In this document: piece by piece, positions 14,383-24,560 of the stretch | How positions within the stretch are numbered: position 1 is the stretch's first letter | Layout: the number at the start of each line of letters is the position of its first letter | Assembly (NCBI GenBank): GCA_951406725.2 | Contig: OX597825.1 | Location: 52,390,001 to 52,454,000 of the forward strand | DNA length: 64,000 bases | DNA from: Octopus vulgaris | Taxonomy: Eukaryota | Reading direction: 5' to 3' | The notes under the pieces: generated by a model | The model's database searches: none | The model's input: only the letters and a program-made list of their open reading frames with translations | Told to the model about the DNA's origin: nothing | Made by a program: the position numbers and the translations under genes

Positions 14383-14472
14383 TCGGGATGCTCTCCTCAA
14401 TACTGCTCCAAGAACACACACCATAAATCACAACAGGAGACCCCTAATCAACAAAGAACAACTATATACTAG

Positions 14473-16827
14473 CTACCGTCCCAACCACCGCATTCATTTT
14501 TTAGACCCAATACGCAAACACAGAGACACAAGATAGCACCAAACAAGCAGGAGGAACCAAAAGTAATAAAAATTATTAATCTAACTCACAAGGAACTAAC
14601 AGCAAACCAAATAAACATACTTTCCAAAGGACTCAAGTTTACACCCACCCCACAACACCCCAACTACAATGAAATGAAAGAAGACATCGCAGAATTCTGC
14701 AGAAAATTAAGACTTACTGAGGAGCTATACGATAAATACAACGAGGACGAATCGTTAGCCAGAAATAGGAGTAACTACACCCCCTCGAAAGGTAAGAATA
14801 AAACACTTGATGATTTCTGTGACCACATATCAAATTACCCATATCAACATATGCACAAACAAAAACACAAACCAAACTTCAGCAAAAAAGAATGGGCTGA
14901 GTTGAACAAATTAAAACTAGATAAAACAATAACAATCAAAGAGGCCGATAAAGGGAGTGCTGTTGTCTTAATGGATACGACATTTTACATAACTTTGGTA
15001 CTTTCTATGCTGGAAGACACAACATACTATGAAAAGGCACAAAACTACAGTCAACAAAAAATAATGAGGGAACTAAAATCCATATTAAACCCATACAAAG
15101 CAGGGCTAACCGACAAAGAATAAGATTATATGACCAATTTCACAAGTAAAACTAGCCAATTCTACGGTATACCTAAGATCCACAAAAGTGAAAAAATAAG
15201 CAACGCATGCAAGATAGCTACAGACAAAATAATTAAAGTCCCTAATCCTAATGACCTCAAATTGAGACCCATAATAGCAGGTCCCGCATGCGAAACCCAC
15301 CGCCTCAGTAACTTTTTAGACACCCTGTTAAAACCACTCCTCAAACATGTCAAAAGCTATATAAGGGACGACTTAGATATGCTCAGTCACCTACCGAATA
15401 CTATAAACAAAAACACCATACTGGTATCCTTCGATGTAGTCAACCTCTACTCCAATATCCCCCACAACCTAGGACTAGAGGCAATCCAATTCTGGCTAGA
15501 GAATCACGCCAACGAACTACCACACCGCATCAAAAAAGAATTTGTGATAGAAGGGGTTAAATTCATCCTGGAAAATAACTTCTTCGCCTTCAATGACAAC
15601 TTCTACCGACAAAAATCGGTGACTGCGATGGGTACACGAATGGCCCCCTCCTTTGCCAACCTAGTCATAGGATACCTAGAGATCAGTCTGTATCGTAAGG
15701 TTCTAGAAAGATATGGCAGCCCTTTCTCCATCTACATAGAAAACAACTGGAAGAGATATCTAGATGACTGTTTCATCCTTTGGCATAAAAATATAGAAAA
15801 ACTCATAGAATTCCAGAAAATTTTAAACGGACTGGACGTAAACATCCAATTCACGATGGAATATAACCAACAACAACTCCCCTTCCTCGATATCCTCATT
15901 AAGAAAGCTAATAATATAATAGAAACAGACATATACTATAAGCCTACAGACTCTAAGCAATATCTTCCATTCAATTCATGCCACCCCAGACACACCAGGA
16001 TGAATATCCCCTTCAATCTAGCAAAAAGGATATGCACTATAGTCTCTAACGCAAACACCAGAGACACACGACTACAAGAACTAAAAGATACCCTAATCAC
16101 CAGGAACTATCCACCTTCACTTATTGACAAATGCATTCAACGTGCCCTTCAACTTAACATCAAGGAACTGAGACATCCCAAATCAAAGAAAAACTTACAA
16201 CCAAAAGCCTTACCATACATCTCCACACACAACCCTCTCAATAACGAAGCCTTCGACACCATCCTCCACAACATACCCCTCCTAAAAAAAGACCACAGAA
16301 TGAACACAATCCTCCAAACACACACGATCATAAAAAGCAAAAGACAGCCTAGATCCATGAAAAGTCTCCTTACACAAGCCCGAATTCACTCTTCAACACA
16401 GAAGCCGACAGTAAAAAAATGTGGAAGACCCAATTGCGGGATATGCGACTATCTAATCGAGGGTTCTGAGTTCTCCTTCAAACAGGGACAACGTTTTACA
16501 GTGAAAAGCAACTTCACATGTGCTTCGGAGAACCTAATATACTCACTAACCTGCTCCGGGTGTCAAGAGCAGTACATAGGCCAAACAAAAAATGGTTTGC
16601 GTAAACGAATGGCCCCGCACAGATCCCAGATAAAAATTCCCCAAAACAGAAAAATAGCTTTTAGCCAACACATAAATACTTGCGCCAACAAAAAAACACC
16701 AAACTTCAGAATTTTCCCCCTCTACCAATTTAGGGACGATACAACCTCGAGACAACGAATAAGTAAAGAAAATCTCTTTATTACAAAATACAAGCCACTT
16801 CTTAACGGGTCTACGACAAACAATTAA
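14473..16827 (+). pseudogene. PLE RT/GIY-YIG polyprotein frame with one in-frame TAA (15121-15123)
   Basis: LSKGLKFTPT, IKEADKGSAVV (DKG), LRPIIAG, SFDVVNLYSNIP, AMGTRMAPSFANL, RYLDD, LPFLD, YYKPT, CGRPNCGIC, LIYSLTCSGCQEQYIGQT, YKPLLN; ORFs 14674-15123 and 15130-16827 share one frame. Confidence 0.93.
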
Positions 16828-16949
16828 TATACCTCAACTTTAGAATAAAAGAAAAAAATATATATACACACACAAATACTACACTCCATAGAATCCATTA
16901 CTAATCAGCCCCTTCATAGCTATATTTACACCCATTCATATTCTCCCTT

Positions 16950-17190
16950 CTCTGTTTTTTCTTCTTCTTCTTCTTCCTCTTCTTCTTCATCATCATCGTT
17001 ATCATCATCATCGGCATCATCATCATCGCCACCATCATCACCACCATCTTCTCCTTCTCCTCCTTCTTCTTCTTCTTCTTCTTCTTCATCATCATCGTTA
17101 TCATCATCATCGTCGTCATAATCATCACCACCATCACCATCATCGTCATCTTCTCCTTCTCCTTCTCCTTCTTCTTCTTCTTCTTCTCCA
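16950..17190. repeat. Compound (TTC)n/(ATC)n/(ACC)n trinucleotide repeat in the PLE 3' UTR
   Basis: Visible directly; two similar ~100-bp higher-order blocks. Confidence 0.9.
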
Positions 17191-17534
17191 CCCCCTACCC
17201 CTTAAGTTTGTCACTAATGTTTTTTAGTATAACACCTACGCTAATTCTATAAACAAGCCTGTCAATATAAATATTCTCCTGAATTGAACTGAGACTGCCA
17301 GCCGCCACTGACCATTCAAAATACGACCATCAGGGCACTCCCAGATTCTCCCACCCCCTTTCCTCACCAGCCTTCCCTCTACTACCCTACCAAGAACTCA
17401 CAACTACCTCGAACACACAAGTGCAAACAAGGGAGTCAGAGAAAGGCAGAATGCCACTTAAATCTGAACACTACTATAGAAATATTCTTTTAAAAAAACT
17501 TTTCTTCTAATTTTTCTAAATTTAATTATTTAAT

Positions 17535-17582
17535 CGTTACAGTTGAAAAGGTCTCAAAATGACCGAAACCGGTACTGAAATG
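17535..17582 (+). ncRNA. Minimal type I hammerhead ribozyme, U3-A8 core variant, in the PLE 3' UTR
   Basis: cgttacag TTGAAAA GGTC tcaaaat GACC GAAA CCGG TA| ctgaaatg; stems I and II pair, palindromic stem III ACCGGT, GUA site. Confidence 0.82.
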
Positions 17583-18088
17583 TTCACTATAAAATTATTT
17601 TAGCATTTTCTATTTTTTACTTGTTTTTCATATATATATACATATATATATAATAGTTATCACCATACTAATATGGCATTCTTATAAAAATAAGAATAAA
17701 GCTGTCCGCTTATTAGCTCCATGAGGCCATCGCCTTAAGTTAGCTATTTGATACACAAACTGTATCCCTATAACCAAGTAGTGTGGAGCGACTGACCTCC
17801 CTTGTTCAAAGGTTATATGGATACAGTTTGTGTATCAAATAGCTAACTTAAGGCGATGGTCTCATGGAGCTAATAAGCGGACAGCTTTATTCTTATTTTT
17901 ATAAGAATGCCATATTAGTATGGTGATAACTATTATTTTCCGGGAACGCTGCCGTTGTTCTCTTTTAGAGAGACTTAGTAATTTTAATATTTCTATTATT
18001 GAAAACAAGTGGATGTATTCCACCGAAGCTAGGTAAATAAAACCTTTGAACAGAGATTGTCAGAAGCGACACCTACTGGTCTGGCTAC

Positions 18089-18130
18089 GCTGCATTGAAA
18101 AGGGGCAATACCCCGAAACGCGTCTGTAGC
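18089..18130 (+). ncRNA. Minimal type I hammerhead ribozyme (U3-A8 variant), repeat copy 1
   Basis: gctgca TTGAAAA GGGG caata CCCC GAAA CGCG TC| tgtagc; predicted cleavage after 18124. Confidence 0.85.
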
Positions 18131-18451
18131 TGCCGGCCAAGTAGTGTGGAGCGACTGACCTCCCTTGTTCAAAGGTTATATGGATACAGTTTGTGTATCA
18201 AATAGCTAACTTAAGGCGATGGCCTCATGGAGCTAATAAGCGGACAGCTTTATTCTTATTTTTATAAGAATGCCATATTAGTATGGTGATAACTATTATT
18301 TTCCAGGAACGCTGCCGTTGTTCTCTTTTAGAGAGACTTAGTAATTTTAATATTTCTATTATTGAAAACAAGTGGATGTATTCCACCGAAGCTAGGTAAA
18401 TAAAACCTTTGAACAGAGATTGTCAGAAGCGACACCTACTGGTCTGGCTAT

Positions 18452-18493
18452 GCTGCATTGAAAAGGGGCAATACCCCGAAACGCATCTGTAGC
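18452..18493 (+). ncRNA. Hammerhead ribozyme, repeat copy 2 (stem III CGCG>CGCA)
   Basis: gctgca TTGAAAA GGGG caata CCCC GAAA CGCA TC tgtagc; one CpG-type transition. Confidence 0.75.
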
Positions 18494-19402
18494 TGCCGGC
18501 CAAGTAGTGTGGAGCGACTGACCTCCCTTGTTCAAAGGTTATATGGATACAGTTTGTGTATCAAATAGCTAACTTAAGGCGATGGCCTCATGGAGCTAAT
18601 AAGCGGACAGCTTTATTCTTATTTTTATAAGAATGCCATATTAGTATGGTGATAACTATTATTTTCCGGGAATGCTGCCGTTGTTCTCTTTTAGAGAGAC
18701 TTAGTAATTTTAATATTTCTATCATATATATATATGTTTATATAAATATGTCTATTATACAATGGTCAGGGCAGTGCTATCCCATTGTGTCCCTCTTCTA
18801 TATACTCAAGTTTCACCAGTCACTATATTCTCCACTTCCCACTTCTTTGCATTCACATGGACTCTGTACTCCTGCACCCTTAGCAATGCTCTACCATCCT
18901 ATTTATTTTCTCATCCCTTGTACCTTGAGTGTATCACCACCATCTCTCTTACTCTCATTCTCTTCTGCTCTCATGCTCATTCTTGATTACCCTCTTCCTT
19001 TCTCTCTCTTTTTCCAACTGTGGTAACCATCTATCTCCTTTCCAGCAGGATACATTTTACTGTCCCACTGACATACTCCAATCTCTCATCACCTGGCACA
19101 AAGCTACCTCCTCCAGTACCTCACTCCTCTCAAAGGAACTTTGTTTTGCAAGTTACCTAATGACCTCGCAAGTGCTGGTGTCACATGAAAAGCACTCAGT
19201 CCAATCTATAAAATGGTTGGCATTAGGAAGGGCATCCAGCTGTAAAAACCAAGCCAAAATAGACAATGGAGCTTGGCGAAGTCTCTTGGTTTGCCAGCTC
19301 CTGTCAAACCATCCAACCATGCCAGCATGGAAAACAGACATTAAATGCAAATGACAATAATGATCATGATATATATATATATATATATATAAATATACAT
19401 AC

Positions 19403-19558
19403 TCTATTTAAAAGCAGCAGAAATTTAACAAAGGCTGTTACTAGGAGTTTCACATTCCCGTTCGTTGGACAATTTTTTTTTTAACAAAACTGTCCGACAA
19501 ACAGGAACGTGAAACTCTGAGTAACAGCTTTTGTTATATTTCTGCTGCTTTTAAATAA
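19403..19558. repeat. ~155-bp imperfect palindrome with two opposed HHR-like motifs (PLE pLTR-type inverted end)
   Basis: Plus 19490-19527: ctgt CCGACAA ACAGGAACGT GAAA CTCTGAG TA acag; minus 19472-19435: ttgt CCAACGA ACGGGAATGT GAAA CTCCTAG TA acag. Confidence 0.72.
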
Positions 19559-20330
19559 AGCATATTACTCTACTTCTGGTATTTGAGTACTCTTTTTTCC
19601 ACCTTGTTTCACATTTATGTGCTTACTCCGGTATATATATATATATACAGAGAGAGACAGACAGACAGAGATGTATACATCCAGAAATACATACACATAC
19701 ATATGATAGCATGGATGCTATGTATGTGTGTGTGTGTATGTGTTTGTGTGTGTGTGTGTTTGTATGTATGTGTGTGTGTGTATGTATTCATATACAGGTG
19801 CACGTGTTCATAAAACTAAAGCAGACAGTCAATATTCTGAATGTTGAGCATATACAATTTACATACAGTATATGAATACATGGGTGCATGTATGTATGCT
19901 TGTATCATAAGGTGCATATATGTAAAATTGGGCAAAGCTTTTATACATACATTTTTCTTACACTGTACAATGTAAGGCATATAATTACACATGTATATAC
20001 ATGTATGCATGGTGGAATAAAGCAAGATATTTTTATGCACCTTTTCATATATGTAGACACACACATATATATTTTTATATATGCAGTGTACTTAGTGTTG
20101 TTAGTGTATATACGCAGAATATTGCAAATAATTTTGTTACCCCATAAAATGTATAGAATATATAGGCTTATATGTACTTCACAGCCATGTCTTTTATGTG
20201 CATTTTATTCAGTATATTAGATGGAGAGTGATTATGTGCATGTTTGTGTGTGTCTGAGTGTGTGTGTATTATATCTCTGTAGATTCATATATGCATATAC
20301 ACTTACATATATATACACACACACATACAC

Positions 20331-20368
<38 letters not shown>

Positions 20369-20608
20369 CTACATACACACATGCACATATAATCACATAC
20401 ACACACACACACACACATATATATATACGCACAGACATGCATGCATATATAGATGTATATGTATACATGCACATGTATATGTATGTGTGTACATACATAG
20501 ATCCATGCGTTTAATATGAAACCACATCTTTGTACATTTTGCTTACTGTGTAAAACACATGCAACACACACCTGTATTTATGTGTGCACGTGTGTACGTG
20601 CGTGTGCG

Positions 20609-20645
<37 letters not shown>

Positions 20646-21817
20646 ATATATACTGAAGTCCATCGTTCCATGTAGAGTTTGGCTACAGGAAGTGTGTTCT
20701 TATCTGCTTCAATGAGAATTATTCCTCTTATTCAACAAGAGGAATCGATTTGCCGATGTGAGTACTTCCTAGCTGACATTGCGTGACTCAGGAATGTGAC
20801 AAGAACTCATTGAATTTACCCAGCCTCTATACCATTCTCACTCTCTCGTTCCCCCTCTCACTTTCTCTTTCTCCCTCCCACCTTCTCATTTTTCTCTCTT
20901 TATTTTATGGCTTCTATTCTCACTTAGATTTCCTTGCAAATGTCTTTCTATGGCTTCACTCTCTGCTTTTACCCCATTCTCTTGCTTTTTTTCTTTTACT
21001 TATAGTTTTAATATATTTATTTTATATATTTCTCAATTATGTATATCCCAGGTAAGAAGTAGAATTATAGGAAAATGATCAACACGGTGATGGTGGTGGC
21101 GGTGGTGGTGTTAGTGTTGCTGTACCATCCCCATCGCCACCATGCTGTAGTCTTCTTTCTTATGTTTTCCATTTCTGACTACCCATTCCTTTCTTTCTAT
21201 CAACTGCCCACCTCCATCTCTTCACCTCTATAAGTCACATCACCACACCCTACCCACTCTCTATTTTCACAAGAGGAAAGCAATAAAAACTAACGTTATT
21301 CAAGCACTATTTCAATTCAGAACTAAGAATGACCAAAAGTTACAAAAATTTGGACTGGAACTCTGTTATTGCAGCTATCTCCAGTGCACACACCCACCTA
21401 CCCGTCCATGTGTGTGTGTGTGTTTTTGCATACTTCTACTCATGTATATACACACGTGTTCATTTACATACACGTTTATTCTCTTAAACACGCTCACATG
21501 CACACATTCAACCATTTACATGTATTCACAATCACTTACTTATTCATGCATGCATACACACACACACCCCAGCACTCATACATATACATAAACATACACA
21601 TATTCATTCAATGAGATAGGAAATCATATGTGCGTGTGTGGGGGGTGTATATATGTGTGTGTTGGGGTGTATATATGTGTGTGTGTGTATATGTATATGC
21701 ACACACATACATGACATGCAATCATACATATATACATACACATATTCATTCATAGAGATAGGAAATCATGTATGTATGTATGTATGTATGTATGTGTGTG
21801 TGTATGTATGGATATAT

Positions 21818-21864
<47 letters not shown>

Positions 21865-23899
21865 CACACGCAATCATATATATATATGTGTGTGTGTGTA
21901 TATATATATGTACACACACATGCAACACGCAATCATATAAACATGTGTGTATATGTATGTGTGTGTGTGTATATATACACAGCATACTGCCACATACATA
22001 TCTACACACATGTACAGCACACAGTCTCACATACATCTGCATACAACACTGACATTTTCAAACAATAGATGAAGTATTCAGTCTAAATATATTTACTGAA
22101 ACTTCAAGTAATTTCATAGATTACATGTCCTAGTATTCATGTATATACTAATAGAAAAAGGCACTGGAATAAAATAGTTAATAAGTTTACTTTGCTTTCC
22201 TAAGATCTGGGTTCAACTCCCGTGTGTGGCATCTAGGATTACTATAACTCAAGTAAATTTAAACCTTGTGAGTGAAACTGAAATTATGGAAGCCATTTAT
22301 ATATATATATATATATGAAAGGCTTCTTTCAGTTTGCATCTGCCAAATGCTCATAAAGCTTCAGTCAGCTTGAGCTACAGTAGATAATATATGTCCAATG
22401 TGCCACATGTAAGGATTGAACCTAAACCCTCAGCTGGGAAGAGAACTTCTTAACTACACAGCCATGCATTTGTTGATATATATCTATAAATGTATTTAAT
22501 ATATGTTTGTCAGAGGGTTTCATACTACTAATACGTTGTGTGTGCTTATATTATTAAAGGAGGCAAACTGGGCAAAATGCTCAGTACCATTTCTCTATGT
22601 TCTGGGTTCAAATTACACCAAGGTCGACTTTGCCTTTGATCCTTTCAGGATTTATGAAATAAGCTCCAGTTTATGACTGGGGTTGATTTAATAGACCTTC
22701 CCTACACACACCTCCACCGCAGATTGCTGGCCTTGTTATAAAATTTGTAATCATTATTAAAAAAGTACTACTACATATTACAAATGACAGTTAAGACTTT
22801 TATATGAACATTAAAATATTCTTCACACCATATGATTTTATGATCCCAGTGTAGGTTGATTGGGTTCTCACTGAAAAATGCTATTAATCATCTGTTTTGA
22901 ATTGATTCTGTGTAGGACCACACTCTGAGATATTCCATTCATATATCTCATGTAGTATGGTTGAATATAATTACATGTAGGGTATGGTGTATAACCACAT
23001 GTAATACTACATGTAGAAATTTCTGCCTCAACAAACTCTGGCCTGATCCATCCACCATCATGATTTTACATACACTAGCAAGGGTTGAATAGTTTAACAG
23101 GATCCGATGTATCTCATGACCACATTTTGCTCCAGTGTCTCAATAATGCTTTTGGTTTCTGTGGCTAAATGTCCTTTCTACCACCCACTTTGTAGAGTGT
23201 AAGGGTGCAGTTTTTTCAAAGCACAAACAATGTAGAGGCTATCTTGTCCTCATAAACACAAGAGAATCTTCATAGACAAAATGTTGTCTCTGCTCAATTT
23301 GCCAACCACTTTACAAAGTGTACTGGGCATTTTTTCTGTGCTCCTGGCACTAGTGAGGTTACTTTCTAACTCACAAGACAAAAGAACCTCAACCCTAAAA
23401 GAGAAAACAAGAGAGAGTTTTGGCTATAGGTGAGGTATTGTGAGAAGTTACAGTAAGGATCAGATTTATTGTTGTGAATGGGTGATAGTGAAAAGATTAA
23501 CAGAGAGCAGCGAGGAAGAGGAAGATGAACCTAAGTACATTCTTTAAGTAACTTACTCTGGATGAAGAAGAGAAGAGGGAAGGCAGACAGAAGACTGTGG
23601 GAGTGTGTGAATGCTGCTAGGGTGCAATCCAAGCTCCTTCCTTTTTGGGGGTCATCATGAAAGATTAAAGAAGGAGGGATAGTTGGTTATGGGGAGGAAT
23701 AAGGGAGTTCTGTATGCATAGGGTAGGTGCTTTGGTACAGTACATAAGAAAAAAAGTTGATGGGAAGACAGAAGGGTATGCACAGGTTGAATGTTTTCAT
23801 CTCAAATACAGATGCAAGGGAGATGAAAGTGCGTAGAAAAGATGTTGGAGAATTGTTAGGTTATAGAATAAACAATAGACAGTAAGTGGAGTGTACATT

Positions 23900-24560
23900 A
23901 CCTTGCTATTTTAGTAGGCATTTTCACAAGCTGGTGCAGGATGTTGGGCTTTCTGCATCACTATGTATCACCGGTTGAGTCACTTCTTTGTTCTCTCCTT
24001 TGAGTATTTTGAGATGATTTACACCACGTCTTCTATAGGTACCATTCACTTTGACCCCTTGGGGCTTGCTTGTGCACCTATCATACTCCTTTTACATCAC
24101 AATCCCATACCAGTGCATTCTCCTTTCTTACACACTATGTCTGATTCCTCTTATACCCCTTTTGTCTTGTATTTTATTTATTCTTTGGTTCATGTATACA
24201 AACATGGCATATCCAATGATGCATGTGTTACCTCATTCTTTTAAGTCTTTGCATATCTTCTACATCCAAGGCTCCTGTCTCACTGCTATGCAGTAGCTCA
24301 CTTCAAACACAAGCATCATATAAGCTATCCCTGACTTTGAGAGAAAAGTCCTTTGTTGCCAGTAGTAGCAAGAGATCTCTGAACTTCCTCTAACCCATTC
24401 TTATTTTGGATACAACATATTTGGATCACTGGCTCTCAATGCCACTTAGGTTAGCTAGGTAACAAAAGCTAATAACAACTTCCAGAGAGGTGTCTGGACG
24501 TTTCAGTGAATGTATTTCCTGAGTGCTCTTAGTGCTTACTGCCCTAATGCACGTGCTGCA
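23900..24560 (-). mobile_element. RTE-type LINE 3' fragment, highly decayed
   Basis: Minus translation includes LYDACV*SELLHSSETGALDVEDMQRL, similar to the RTE LLYGSETW region. Confidence 0.55.

Larger units (their letters stand above)
14381..17630 (+). mobile_element. Penelope-like retroelement (EN+, Neptune-like), 5'-truncated, near intact
   Basis: RT plus Cys-rich linker plus GIY-YIG frame, ~800-nt 3' UTR with HHR, (TA)n at both ends. Confidence 0.93.
17651..18722 (+). mobile_element. Tandem array of 363-bp HHR-containing units (non-LTR retrozyme-like), ~2.6 copies plus an inverted 5' segment
   Basis: Unit starts at 17774, 18137 and 18500 (period 363); 17651-17775 is the reverse complement of 17811-17935; (TA)n on both sides; no ORF. 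Confidence 0.88.

Noticed and set aside
15121-15123. In-frame stop as selenocysteine recoding (known in Naiad PLEs)
   Set aside because: The codon is TAA, not TGA, at a non-Cys position; a simple nonsense mutation is more likely
16901-17191. Minus-strand K/M-rich 96-aa ORF
   Set aside because: Translation of the trinucleotide mosaic
17780-17815. Pol III A/B boxes in the repeat unit (tggagcgactg...gttcaaagg)
   Set aside because: Weak match, short spacing, and T runs inside the unit would terminate Pol III
17995-18042. Second HHR-like motif in the repeat unit (TTGAAAA caa GTGGA..TCCAC cGAAG ctag gta)
   Set aside because: GAAG instead of GAAA, extra unpaired bases and a poor stem III; at most vestigial
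17774-18722. Tandem array as CRISPR or ordinary satellite
   Set aside because: Units are 363 bp with no unique spacers in a eukaryotic context; the HHR and fold-back structure fit a retrozyme-like element better
21601-21775. ~30-bp direct repeat tattcattca..gagataggaaatcat
   Set aside because: Most simply a local duplication in microsatellite-rich DNA; no further structure
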